Assembly (NCBI GenBank): GCA_965645245.1
Contig: OZ287086.1
Location: 248,001 to 312,000 of the forward strand
Direction of reading: 5' to 3'
Length of the DNA: 64,000 nucleotides
DNA from: Massalongia carnosa
Taxonomy: Eukaryota
The notes under the pieces were generated by a model, which saw only the letters and a list, made by a program, of their open reading frames with translations, did not search any database and was not told where the DNA came from. A program made the position numbers and the translations under genes. Shown here one piece after another: positions 37,638 through 50,785 of the stretch; position 1 is the stretch's first letter, and every line of letters starts with the position of its first letter.

Positions 37638-39286
37638 ATGGACAACTCCACCATTCGCTCCAAGGATATCCATCCTCATGTGGCCGACGCGCTGGACCGA
37701 CTGCGACGAGAAGGTGCGTCACCGTCAACGCGCATTCTCATGAGTAGGGTCCACGAGTGGCTTCACAAGCTGTCACCTACACCCCACGTTTCCCGATCCC
37801 CTCCTGTCTTCATCGAGAATTCCTCGTCACCACGTCCTGCAGCCAAAGCGACTCGAAAGCGTAAACTTTCGCCTCCAGGTCGAGTCCGCAGATCCGCCAG
37901 ATTACAACAAGTCATGGCATCAGCAGTCCCTACCAAAGCGCCCGTACGAATGATAGCGCAGAACGGCCAAAACCTAACACACGGCGAACAGCAAGAATGT
38001 GGGACAGCAACAGCAGGCCAATCGTGCTGGTGGGGAGATCGCAGGCGTGGCGCGAATACATCCCCGCCTGCCGGACAATATTGTCCTTGCACTGCCGGAT
38101 CAGCTAGAGCAAGACCCTCCGCGTTCGCCATCGCGGCGATCTCCATCGAAGTCAACTGCGTCGGGAAGAGGAGGATCGAATGTGGTCAAGAAAGAACAGC
38201 TCGCGTTTTTCAACCCGCCTATAAGGTTTTTGAAGCACCGAGATCTAAAAGATCAAGGGGGCCTTCCGGAGCGGACGAGCAAACTGTGGTTGGACCATTT
38301 GTCTTCGGTCATGTCCAGCGACGGAAAAATACTTTTAATGTTCAAGGTTGGTGGGCTTTTCATCGCACAAAGCGCTCGGGCTAATCGGATCGCATAGAAT
38401 GAAGTAGCGGCGGCCTTTGATACCCCTCTCAAGTCCAAAGGACCAGCTCCGGATGTCTATGAACCTTCGCCATACTTTCACGCCACAGAGCGCGGGCTGA
38501 TCTGGTCGACCGTTTGCGATGTTGCAAATCAGGCGGAGAAATACAGAGACAGGGTTACGGAATCGCACTGGGTCACAGTCGTGGTGTCACCGTTGCTGCA
38601 ATTCATCCGAAAGTTGTGGCTATTCGATACCCCAGACAACCAATTCTTATTAGAGGCCCTAGACTTGTGAGTGGTTTTGCAAAGACAAAAGCAAGGTTCC
38701 ATGGCTCATGATGGCGAGAATGCAGAACGGCGTTGAAATCTCTCCACGGACGCTCTGTCAATACTCGGGCGAGCTGTTCGAGGACTTCGACAAAAAGATC
38801 GACCACGCCATCGGGCTCGATCTCTCCTCGTCCGAGCGCTTCACCCTCGAGCGGGGGCAATACACGGAAGGCACCACGCCAAGCATCAACCAAACGGCAA
38901 CCATGGCCAACATGACGCCGCTGTTCGTCAACATCGAGGTCAAGCGCCGCAACACGGACAAGGACCCCCTGATCCAGCTCGCCGCCTGGATCGCCGCCGA
39001 GTTTCAGAAGCGCGTGAACGAGGGCTACGGTCTGGAGCAGCCGGTATTGGCGAACCGAATCGACGGTGACCTGTGGCAGCTGTACATGGTCTATGCGGAC
39101 CGGATGGGTTTGGGGGCCGGGTATCGCTGCAATTTCGTCGGCCCCTACGGCATGGGCAGCCCCACGACCTACACCGGCATCTTCAAGATCCTGACGGTCC
39201 TCTGCCGTCTCGCGCAATGGGGCGTCAAGTACCATCGCGAGTGGTTTGAGGCGCAGATGCTGGCGAAATATAGATTGCCGGATTGA
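37638..39286 (+). CDS. PD-(D/E)xK nuclease-like protein (fungal PDDEXK_12-like family) with a disordered N-terminus, about 4 exons
   Basis: ESHWVTVVVSPLL, KKIDHAIGL, SINQT, FVNIEVKR, QLAAWIAAEF and IDGDLW. Introns near 37944, 38347 and 38667; the last acceptor is uncertain. Confidence 0.7.
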
Positions 39287-40738
39287 GTTTATTATAAGTA
39301 ATTAGGAAAAACGTTTATTAAAGCAAGCAAACAGTAAACTACTCTACATGTTAAACGCCCTCCTTGCTGAATCATCTAGTTTTCCTCTCATCCTATCGAA
39401 AAATCTATCTAATCCAATTACTCATCTTTCCACTCCTTCACCCCTTCCTCTGCATCCACGTCTTCACATCCCCAAAACATTTAATCTAAGTCCCCTCCTC
39501 TCCTCATCAGCACCTATCTCCTCACTAGATGTAATTTCTCCTCTCATCCTATCAAGATCTATTAAACCTTTGTTAAATGATTGGTTTTTGTTCAAACGAT
39601 CTGTGCTGTGGAGGGTTGTGGATATGTGTCTGTGTGTGTGTTTGTTTGTTTATTTATTCAGATGTTAGTGACGTTAATTCTTGTTTCAATCTTCTTCTTT
39701 CGTTCTCTTCTTGGTCTCTTTTTTAGTTCTCGGACGCTCATTTTATCACGAAGGTAATGTTTATCCTTTTTTCTCCTTTCCTCTCCCCCTTTCCTTTATC
39801 CACCTATCAATCAATCTTTTCCCCACTTTCCTCCTCTTCCCAGGCCCCTTTTCCACAACCACATCTCTTCTTTCTCCATTCCTCTTCTTACTTCCTGCTT
39901 CCTCTTTTTTCATCTTTTCTTTCTTTCCCTAAACAACACGAAAAATCTCACGTTGTACATACACACATGCAAGAGCCGGATATTCTCTCTATTTATCGTA
40001 CGTATCTATGTAGCACGAGCAAATAGATAAATGAATAATATGATAAAAATGAAACGTGGGCGCGCTAGCCAGGCTTTAATTATTCCGCCTGATAAAGTGA
40101 GGGGAGGTGGATGAAGAAAGTGCACCAAAGACAATCAGACAAGCATCAATTCGACTGTCAGTTTCAGCCGTGTTCTTTGTAGGCCTTTCGTGTCTAGTTC
40201 TGGATAATGCTTTCCTTTCTGCTGTTTCTGTTTGTCTGTCTGTCTGTCTTAGCTTACTTACATAGCTGATATGCATTTCTACCTACTACCACTTCTGAAT
40301 CAATAAAGGGAGGGATGGGTGGATAAGTGGATAGAGAAATGGGTTGATAGATAGATGGATAAGGGATGGATGATTGAAAGCGTGAAAATTCAGGATAAAG
40401 AAGAAGAAGATAGAGACGTGATAGAGATGAGAATGAACGATAGAAGTCGGGGTAGGGCTTGATGGAGGAGTCAGTCGTCGGGATAGGATACTCGATTCTG
40501 TTCTACTTTGAATACGGGTGAAGAACGTGTCTCTTTGCATTCTCAAGAAATTCCGGAATGACTGTTGTATGTTAATATATTTCACAAACGTACAAAAAGA
40601 AATCCAAACCCGTGAACGACGATCTTGAAACATAATTCAGTTTGTGTTGAGAATTGCAATCAACAGGCTTTTTTTTTGTAGTCATAATAAGAGATAGCAG
40701 TTGCAGTTACGCTGAGACAAGGTATAGCAGAATTTAAA

Positions 40739-43700
40739 TTAAGAGAAGACTCTTCTCAACCCGTATATATCCTCAGCATCAGCACCAGCTTTCAGCAATA
40801 AAAGCTCCAACTTCTCCATACCTCTGGATTCAGCTTTTTGCAGCGCTGTTTCTCCTTCCGCATCCATCGCGTTGATATCCGCCCCCTTCTCCAGCAGCAG
40901 CTGCACCACCGCCTCGTGACCTTCCCCCGATGCCGCCTGCAGCGCGTTGCCGTACTCTCCGCCCTGCAAGTTGACGTCCGCCCCCTTCTCCAGCAGCAGC
41001 TGCACCACCGCCTCGTGACCTTCCTCCGATGCCGCCTGCAGCGCGTTGCCGTACACTTCGTCCTGTGCGTTGACGTCCACCCCCTTCTCCAGCAGCAGCT
41101 GCACCACCGCCTCGTGACCTCCCCACGATGCCGCCCACAGCGCGTTGCCGTACTCTCCACCCTGCTCGTTGACGTCCGCCCCCTTCTCCAGCAGCAGCTG
41201 CACCACCGCCTCGGACCTCCCCACGATGCCGCCTGCAGCGCGTTGCCGTACTCTCCGCCCTGCGCGTTGACGTCCGCCCCCTTCTCCAGCAGCAGCTGCA
41301 CCACCGCCTCGTGACCTCCCCACGATGCCGCCTGCAGCGCGTTGCCGTACTCTCCGCCCTGCGCGTTGACGTCCGCCCCCTTCTCCAGCAGCAGCTGCAC
41401 CACCGCCTCGTGACCTCCCCACGATGCCGCCTGCAGCGCGTTGCCGTACTCTCCACCCTGCTCGTTGACGTCCGCCCCCTTCTCCAGCAGCAGCTGCACC
41501 ACCGCCTCGTGACCTCGCAATGATGCCTCCTGCAGCGCGTTGTCGTACTGTCCGCCCTGCTCGTTGATGTCCGCCCCCTTCTCCAGCAGCAGCTGCACCA
41601 CCGCCTCGTGACCTTCCACATATCCGTTTTTCGCGGCGATGTGCAGTGCTGTGTCCCCCCACTTATCTAATATTTCAGTGTCTGCGTCCTTCTCCAACAA
41701 TATCTCTATCACTTTCTCATTTTTCTTTAGAATAGCAAGATGTAATGGTGTTCCGCCCTCTAAATCTCTGCTATTGATGTTTGCACCTCTTTCAATTAAC
41801 AATGTGATCGTTCTGATGTGTCCACTGATGTCAGCAAGGCACAAAGCTGTGTTGCCGTCTTTATCTTTCAGATCGACTTCTGCGCCGTTACTCAACAGGA
41901 TTTTTGCTATGACTTCATGTCCTCCCTTGGCGGCCCAGTGTAACGCTGTCCGACTGCACCCGCCCTTCTTGAAATTAACGTTTGCACCGTATTCTAATAG
42001 CATTTCTGTCGCTTTTTCGTGTCCGGCATAAGCGGCTTCTAATAATGCATACTCTTTTAGTTCGCTTCTTGCGTCAGTTTTTGCATCGTTATCTAATAGT
42101 TTTCTCATAATGCCGAGTTTTCCAAATGAAGCAGCCACAGCCAAAGTCATCTTGCTAGAAGAAAAATTAAGATTCATTCCTTCCCTTAGAAGCTCTTTTG
42201 ACACTTCCTCAACCCTCATCCAATCCGGGTGTAGGTTTTCATCTTCTGCGAACTCGTTGACATCTACAGTTCCTACTTTGCTTAGAAGCAACTTGACTAT
42301 TCTATGATGTGCATGAAATATTGCCAGGTGTAGCGGTGTCACTTCGAACTCTTTAAGATATAAATCTGGTGTCAGCTTGTCTACTTCGCCACTTTCATTA
42401 CACAAATTTATATTTTCATGTTCACTGTTCGTTGACCGAACAGTTGTCCCTGCGTTTAGCAATATCTCCACCGCTCGATAATGGCCACTCATAGCCGCAA
42501 TATGCAGTACTGTCAAACCTGTCTTATCTTGGGCATGGATATCGGCCCCTTTATCTAGCAACAGCTGCATCGTATCAGCATCAAAGGCTAGGGCAGTATA
42601 ATGCAATAGTGTGCGGTTCTTGGACTTATCCACCGAACGTAGATCTGCCCCGTTCTCCACCAGCAGCTTTACCACGTTCCTACGATGAATGGCGCACCAT
42701 GAGGAGGGTTGTCCATCCTCATCCTGGATGTTATCACCTCCCTTTATTTTTGACAGCAAAGCCGCTACACTATGTTCATTCCTCGAGTAGCTCTCCAACT
42801 GCAACAGTTTGGAAATAATTGGTGTTTCTGATTTGTCTGCAGCGTTGCTATCTGCCTCGGCTTTCACAAGTAGCTCAAATACTTTCTTATGTTCATGCTT
42901 AGCTGCAAGCCATAGTGCCGTCATTCCGTGTCGGTCTTTTGCAGAGCAATCAGCCCCGTGAGTCAACAAAGTCTTCACGCTAGCTTGGTGTCCATCGGTA
43001 TCTCCTGTCACAGCTGCACAATGAAGAGCTGTCCTGTTGATCCAATCTCGCGCTTTAAGGGATGCTCCCGCATCTACTAAAAGCTCCACAACCCCTCTTC
43101 TTCCGTTTGCAGCTGCCAAGGAAAGTGCTGTCATCATTTCGTTATTTGCTACTTCCAGATTTATCTTTTTCTTCAATAGCAATCGCACCATCCTTTCATC
43201 ATTCTGCAACACACCAAGATGCAAAGAAGTATGACCATTTTCATTCCGTTGATTCCAATCAATGTTCTTTGAGGCGATCAGGAGCTCGACAATTGAAAAC
43301 AGCCCAAGATAACTTGCAATAAATTGAGCTGTTGGCGGCATGCTCAAGGCTTCGAGTAACATGCGCTTTTTTTTATGGTCAGTCCACGACATTGACTCGT
43401 ATAGTCGCTTTGCAGAGGAGGTCCAGCTAGCGAAGGCAACGCTAACGTCGTTAAATAGAAACTGTGTCAACATTGCTTTCATGGACCCGGAGAGTTGATT
43501 ATGTTCGATGCGCACGTAATGGCTTGGCCAGTGTATGGTTGCATAGGCTGTAAAACAATCCTTATTCTCAGTCCTCGAGGCTGCATCATAAACGAACAGT
43601 GCGAGACATCTCTCCAACGCATGCGAGTGTATGTTAATATCATTATACTCATCACAGCCTTCGACATATTCACGCACGGACAGATGTGCAAACCGAAAGA

Positions 43701-45800
43701 GGTCAAGCTCTGCATCTACGACAACCAAGTTACAACAAATATGTAGTAATTGCGTTTTTGAAAGAGGAATAGCTTGCCCGTTGGAATCTACCGCTACAGC
43801 GGTTATGAAATCCGCAGTATGAAGAGGACGTTGTGCACTCAACAGCCATTTTAAGGCACTGTTCGCTATCAACCAGCTCTGGGACCCGGATTTCTTAACT
43901 CGTGTGAAGATAACATTATATGATTCCTTCAGAGTTGTTGGCAGTCGGCCAAGTTCGTGATGAATGTCCTCTTCATGCTTGATGCGTTCGAAGTCGCAAA
44001 GGTTCTCGAGCTGAAGGCTAACCCATCGAAACCTAATGATGGTCAAAAAAGACATGAACTAACACCGGACGAAATCTTACATTCCCTGAGCGCCTTGAAT
44101 TAGAGTGGAGGTTATCAGATTCTTTAAAGAATCTGATAAGTCACCGCAAAGTAGTCTCCGATCTTTTACAGCTTGAGTAACTTCGGCGTACACAAAGCGC
44201 TGAATGTCTTCTCCATTATCGCTCGCATGAATGAACACATTTGGGGAATTAGATAAGCGGCAGACAATGTCATTGTCATCGCGACTTGAGACAAACACCT
44301 TTACAAGACTAGCCGAAATCTGAATGATGGTATCCAGAGCTTGAAGTAATTCATGTCGCCGAGCTGGGTCACATTCGTCGAGAGCGTCAATAATAATGAT
44401 CGCTGGATCATTCTCTAAAATTGCAAGAATGAGCTTTACACATTCTGTTGCTGTCAACTTCTCTAGTATGCAGCCATTCTCGTCAGCCTCTTCTTTCTCT
44501 TTGGCGTAAGCCTTTACCACTGGCTCCTTGATGGAGCAGTCGAGTTTAGAGCATGATAGTTGCTTCAGTATACTCCGCAAAATCTCATCAGGGTTTGCGC
44601 GTTGCGGCTCGGTCGTATTTCGGGTACAGTAAAAGTAAGAAATGGGTGTATTGCTTTTGCTTGCGGCTCTTTCCTTCTCAAGAAATTCAACGACAGTGAA
44701 GCTTTTAGCGTCAGTATCGACATTCAGTAAAATTCTAGTAAAGATTAGAGGCCTACACTAGTTTACTTTTACCTGATCCAGCTTTACAGGAGAGTAAGTT
44801 AGTAGGACGTCTTCATCGGTATTAGAACTACTTATGGGTCCCATGTAGCCATAATATAGTGTAGGACCGTTCTTATTGATCTGGAAAATGATGTTCTCCT
44901 TGTCTATCTAAACTGGAAATTCTAGCTAGCTATATAGACCATTTCGCCACATTCTTTCATAATCTAGATATCTTCCAGCCACTTCTATTTACTAATAAAT
45001 CATTAGTGATCCGGAACCCATGCGAGGTACAATGCTTTGAAATCATTGAGTATTAGAAATCAGATATATGGCATATAAAGAAATAGTATCTGAAAGATTG
45101 AGGCCTCGGTTATTAGTCCGAAATCACGTGCTTTTCCTTCAACAGGATCTTACTTCGGGAATTGGCTTGAACCACGGTCTATTTATATCGACATATAGAC
45201 GAAGAACTCGATTTTCTCCACTCAAAAAACTCAACCTTATGTAGCAGCCATAACCCTGAGTTAGGGAGCAAAACCCTCCCTATGGTCCTATGATGGGTTT
45301 TATGCGGTATTTGGGAAATCCACTGGAAAATTTCATGACGCTCCGATTCTAAAGTTCAAATCAGAGATCATGGGCTGTTCAACCTGATTTCATGGAAAGA
45401 GCCAGATGAATATTACAAAGTAACGAAGACGCCTGGAATTGGAACAGAAATATAGGTATAAAAAATACGGCCAGACTGCAGGTCTCTTTAACGAAAGACT
45501 CAGAGTCAAATCGCATGCCATATCGATAATGCATTTTATGAGTACTTGGCTTACGTTTTAGAGAATCATGAAGTTCTGAGATCTGGATAGCAGATCTTTT
45601 GATGGGCTCTTTTAGCTCATGCATGATACATTTAAGCTTCTGTAGTTCCTGTTGACCATTCTGGCGCTCTTAATGGAATAAATAAGTCCCTTGCGTATTT
45701 CTGCAGAGTGGAGTTTTCGTGTAAAGCCGAATAAGATGCTCACCTGAATTCATAGTCATAATGCTTGCTTCAACGTCTTTGATAAAACTTTGGTGTGCTA
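40739..45800 (-). pseudogene. NACHT-ankyrin fungal NLR-like gene, disrupted
   Basis: ILWLHG followed by a mutated donor (ATAAGT), then Walker A AGSGKSKL near 44760-44783. Walker B IIIIDALDEC, VFVSSR and GMFRWVSLQL across intron 44033-44079. More than 20 ANK repeats. 1-bp deletion near 41213. Region upstream of about 44860 is broken. Confidence 0.85.
40850..41617 (-). repeat. About 7.5 near-identical 99-bp ankyrin repeat units (high internal conservation)
   Basis: Unit GHEAVVQLLLEKGADVNxQGGEYGNALQAASxx. Markedly more GC-rich than the rest of the gene. Confidence 0.95.
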
Positions 45801-46289
45801 TAAAATAGTAATCAGTCCTGACTTCTGCTTAAGAAAGCGGCAGCTTCAAAGTAAAAGGCCTCAACTTGCCTTCGGCGAGAAATGCAGTCATTGGTTGCAC
45901 GCCATCACCAATAGATGAACAATCTAGTACATCAAATGTCAGCTGTCATCTTTCATAGAATGTTGCCGAGATTGCCTGACCGGTTGGGAGACTTTGAATA
46001 CTTTCTTGCATAGTCTTCATTTCTAGATTCATACGGTGATGTTCTAACAGATATGTACATTAGAATCTTGAACTCCAGAGTAGTAACTCCATCAACATGT
46101 GTTACATACAGTTAGTTAGGCAATCCAAGCTGCGTCGAACTCTTGCACTATATCATAAAACGGCTGACGATCTGCAAATATTGTTAATGGGACGTGGCCA
46201 AGGTAGGCAATTCCATCGAGGACTTACATTCAGTATCCACAAGCCGTGCGCAGTCTTGAAAATGTTTTTCCTCGGCTGATATTCCCTAT

Positions 46290-47010
46290 AAACGATTGGT
46301 TTCTAGCCAATCACGTTACGGGGCTGTAACTGTTTCTAAACTGGATTTCCTATGCTTTATTCAGGTGGCTAGAAAACAGGCCATAACGACTATCAACATC
46401 ATGAGTGCATGGCGGGGAGCAGGCCTTATTCACTTTAGTCCAGGGCATATTTTAGGCAAACTGCCTAGGTCTACTACACCTCCTACCCGTTCAGAAACCC
46501 TCACCGACGCCCCCAAAACGGTCCAGCGGATTCAGGAGGCCAGCGATGCTCTTATATCCCGTATGACTCTATCTTCTCGCGCGCATGTTGAATTGCTGAA
46601 AACAGCTGCGTTGAATACCGTCGCTGATAGGGTTATTCTGAAACACACCAATCAAGAACTGATTGCTAAACAGGCTCAACGACCTCAAAAAGCATCCAGA
46701 AAAGGAGGTGTTAAAGCGAGGGTGTTGACTGTGGGCGAGGGACAGGCGATTGCGGAGGAAAAACAGAGAAAGGAAGAAGTATTGGCCAAACAAAAGGATC
46801 GATACCATGCTTTAAATGGTAAAGTGAAGTTCGCAAAAGCAGTTTGGAAGGAAATGCAGATGGATAGTGATGTTTTTAGTTAGTTTTGGGGTGGTAGAAG
46901 TAATGTGGTGATGATCTTTGGAATTTTTGTTGGTGATGATGTGTAGTCAGAAATTTTTTGGTGGGGTGACCCGATTAGGTGGCTGACCTGAGTGGGTGGC
47001 TAAGAAGTTA
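46290..47010 (+). mobile_element. 3' fragment of a pogo/Fot1-like transposase
   Basis: DFLCFIQVARKQAITTINIMSAWRGAGLIHFSP..TPP..ARVLT, typical of a Fot1 C-terminal region. Confidence 0.7.
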
Positions 47011-47849
47011 GTCAGTAGATGATGATATAGGTGCAGGTGCAGGTGAAAAACTGTTTGATTTCGAAGATATCTTATCTTCTAATGTCGGGCTATGCAGGCA
47101 TGCGGGTGACAAAATAAAATTTACACCAAAATTTCTACCCTGCCAAAATCATCATACTTTTTATCCACAATCATATTAAATAATCATGAATCGATCCACC
47201 ACTCCTCTTCTTGAAATTACAGGGCCTGGAGTCGAAGTTCCTATACCTAATAAGGCAACAATTCAAGAAGCAGTAGAATTTTGCGAAGCAATAGGAATAT
47301 CTTATTATAAGGAAGACGTTTTTCGTGTGTTCAATGTTTCAAGACAACAAGGCTACAAATATCTACGCAGCGAATCTTCACGAAGACATCATAATAATCC
47401 TGATATATCAGAGCAGCGGGGTTGAAAATCTATTATAATACCTCAACAAATACGAGAAATGGAGCGTATTCTTGAGACCGAAGGCATTGAAGCAGGAGCT
47501 CTAACTTGGGAACAATTGGGCTACGAAATGGGCTTGGATTGTAGTGGTCGCACTGTTCAAAGAGCGAAAGGTACGATGGATTAAGTGTGTTTTCTTGTAG
47601 AAAGGGCTGGGTCAATAAGAAAACAGTAGCGCATCGAGTCAGTTGGGCAACTGTAATGCTTGAGAAATATCCTGAGCCGGAGGATTGGCATCATGCACGA
47701 TTCAGCGATGAGGTTTATTTCGGCTGGGGTCCTCAAGGAAAACTACGAATCATACGAAAACCTGGAGAAAGATATTGTCAGAATTGTATTCAAGAAGAGA
47801 ATGAACTAGACGAGAAGGATAAAAAGCGTCATTATTACTGGGCTGCAAT

Positions 47850-48496
47850 AGATAGATAGATAGATAGATATATTCTTACGCCGATATGTCACCGGCCGAA
47901 GGCCGGCCCATGCGGGATGGACTACTATGCTACAGGAAAACCTTTAAGAGAAATAAAAACCTATTGCCAACGCTACGCGTACGAGGTCCCAACGACCTCC
48001 AGCTGCGCTGCTCGTGTAAGGGGTCAAGTCTAACAGCGTGACTACTATATGGATTCGTGATGAATGTACGAATAGAGAGTGGTAAATCAATAAACTGATC
48101 AGTGACCCCTCGAAAGAAGTGGGCGATCAGGTCTTTATCCTATAGTCCAACTTCTTAGGGTTACCAGTCCGTTGATTTAATTACAGTGATTATGATTGGT
48201 ACAATGAAAAGAAGAATACGAACACGAGCCGTGTCCTAGTCGGAGATCGGAGATCGGTTATAACTACCGATTCGCTTATGTCAGGACGTGCGTGACCTGA
48301 CAGCTCCTGTGCTTTTTCGATGAGTCCCTGGAATGAAAAGAAAATTATTGCTTGTATAGCAAGCTTGCCGATAAAGAAAATTGCGCCAGAAGGCCAGCTT
48401 CGATAATCTATCTCGTTACCTGTTTCAATGTTTTGGATGTTTCGAGTATCGTACGATACTCGTTGGTATTTATACGCCGAAACAGCTCTTGTCTTC
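47850..48496 (-). mobile_element. 5'-truncated LINE (Tad1-like) fragment with a (TATC)n tail
   Basis: 13-bp TSD ACTGGGCTGCAAT at 47837-47849 and 48497-48509. (GATA)n run at the left end. Minus strand encodes an ORF2-like C-terminus ..KQVTR*IIEAGLLAQFSLS. Confidence 0.75.
48015..48302. mobile_element. Solo LTR nested in the LINE fragment
   Basis: TGTAAGG...CCTGACA with flanks GCTCG/GCTCC (4/5). Shares an internal motif with the solo LTR at 56926-57224. Confidence 0.65.
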
Positions 48497-50693
48497 ACTG
48501 GGCTGCAATGGGACACAGTTGTGAATCAGCTATCTTTTTTTACAATCTTTCGGGTAACACCAACGGAAAGATAAGTCAAAAGAGCTATATCGAGCAGATT
48601 TTAAATCCGATTGTTCTTCCATAGCTGCAAACAAGTCAGAGGTTCATTTTAAAAGAAGATAGTAATTCAGGTTATAGACTAGGCAAATCGAATATCGTAC
48701 GTACCTGGAAGGAGAAAAATGAGTTGAATCATTATTTTAATTGTGCTTTATCTCCTGATCTGTCTCCGATTGAGAATTGCTGACAGCTTGTCAAACAACA
48801 TCTTCAAAAATATCCTCATTGGGACGATGCTACTAATAAAGAGTTGATTTATAAGGGATGGGGTCATGTTTCTCAGCGACTTGTCAACGAACAGGTAGCC
48901 ACGATGCCTAAACGACTGCAAGCGGTAATTGATAATAATAGTAGAATGACTGGATATTAGTTGTAGCAAAAGAAATTCAAACATCATCCAATGAACTAAA
49001 TAGATGTTCCAATAATGGATAAAAAGTCTGATGATTTTGGTGTGGTAGAAATTTTTGTATAAATTTAATTTTGTCACCCGCGTGGCAGGTAACGTATCTT
49101 ATTACCGGATGAACTTTATCACCGGATGAACTTCATTACCGGATAAACTTTATCATCGGATGAGCTTTATCACCGGATAAACACACCCACCAAAATCAAC
49201 CAATCATATTCCAATTGGTCTAAAATGGTCAACGAAGTAGCTATTCAGGAAGCGATTATTGATTTAAAATCCCAGAAAGCTCATAATTTTGCTGCTACTG
49301 CTAAAAAGCATAGCGTACCTCGTTTGATCTTAACGCGTCGCTTCAAAGGCGAAACCGTCTCGAGCGCCGAAGCCCACTCTAGACATTATAAGTTAATGAC
49401 TAATGCTCAAGAATCGGTCCTCATTGAGCATATTCGAAAGCTTTCGGATCGGGATATTCATCCCACTTCTCAAATACTCGAAAATCTAGTTGTGGAGTTC
49501 GTGGGGAAGCACATATTGAAGTGCTGGGTCTTTCGATTTCTAGTGCGCTACGAAAATGAGTTTACAAGCGTATATCTACGCAATATCGACTAATCTATAC
49601 ATATTACGGATAATTCTATACATTTTGAACATTACTTTGCAATCGTACTAGCCCATTTCCCTTTATCTTCCTATAATCTATGATTATGCCGCTGAACTGA
49701 CCCTAGACCCCATAGCTCCAGGAGAAGATCGAAAAATACCACATCAAGCCCTCGAACATATACAACTTCAATGAAAATAGCTTCCTAATGGATATATGTC
49801 GTACTATAAAGCGTACCGATTGATCACCCTCGAAGCAAAAAGACGCTCGGTTCGAGTCAGGACGGATCTCGCGAGTTCATCTCCCTTTTTTTGGCTACGA
49901 TTTGCGCCGACGGTAGCGCTTTAACACCAGTTTTGATCTATCAGGGCGATTCGTACGATCTACAAGATACCTGGCTCGAAGATTATGACTCCTTATCAAA
50001 TGAAGCTTACTTTGCTGTATCCGAAAAGGGCTAGACCAATGAAGAACTGGGGCTTTCCTGGCTTTCAAAGCTTTTCGAACCGATTACGCGCAAAAAGGCA
50101 GGTAACGCTAGGCGCCTATTGATTATAGATGGTCATTCGAGCCATGTAAACATGAAGTTCATCGAGTTATGCGACAATCATGGGAATTTTGCCCCCGCAT
50201 TCTACATATCGATTACAGCCCTTGGATGTTGGAATCTTCTCACCGCTCTCTACCGCCTATTCGAACCAAATTTACCATTTGGTCCAGTCGAGCCAGGGCT
50301 TCTCTCGATTTACTAAGCGTAGCTTTTGGTCTATGTTCCGTACGGCATGGAAAACAGCCCTAAGCTTCAAAACGCCGGAGAAGGGGGAAACCGATGGATC
50401 TATTTGTCAAAGATGAGCCCGGGCAGGCTATGTTCTTTTCTCCGTGTAAGAGTCAGACCTGGCGATTATCAGACACCAGGCCTAGGGATATGTGACAATG
50501 TGAAGACACTAATGATTTGCTATACTAATATACTAAAAGAAGTATGTAGGTAAAGCGGAAGACTAATCGTTGAAGATTGCATCTCCCTCGAGCAGCCTCC
50601 TTATATACCCGGACCGAAGCCCTTGACCCTCTAGGCCCTTGATACTGTAACTATCTTGACCGCCCATTACTCCTACCGGATAAGCCGGCTAAA

Positions 50694-50785
50694 CACTCTG
50701 CTGACTGCATCGTGGACACTGTGCTGACTGTATCGTAGACACTGTGCTGACTGTATCGTGGACACTGTGCTGACTGTATCGTACG
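50694..50785. repeat. 23-bp tandem repeat, 4 copies, in the long (3') LTR
   Basis: CACTGTGCTGACTGTATCGTrGA units. Confidence 0.9.

Larger units (their letters stand above)
47099..49089 (+). mobile_element. Tc1/mariner-type (D..D37E, impala-like) transposon with ~70-bp TIRs, degenerate, interrupted by a LINE fragment
   Basis: Left CATGCGGGTGACAAAATAAAATTTACACCAAAATTTCTACC..TTTTTATCCA matches the reverse complement of 49016-49084. FSDEVYF and EED-37aa-E (SPDLSPIE). Multiple stops. Confidence 0.9.

Noticed and set aside
39290..40730. F/S/L-rich ORFs
   Set aside because: Low-complexity pyrimidine/purine tracts with no coding signal.
40739..41662. Arg/Gly- and Cys-rich repeat ORFs in alternative frames
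   Set aside because: Shadow frames of the GC-rich ankyrin repeats.
48097..48160. Hammerhead, twister or HDV ribozyme in the LTR motif
   Set aside because: The conserved catalytic cores (e.g. CUGAnGA plus GAAA in the right geometry) were not found.
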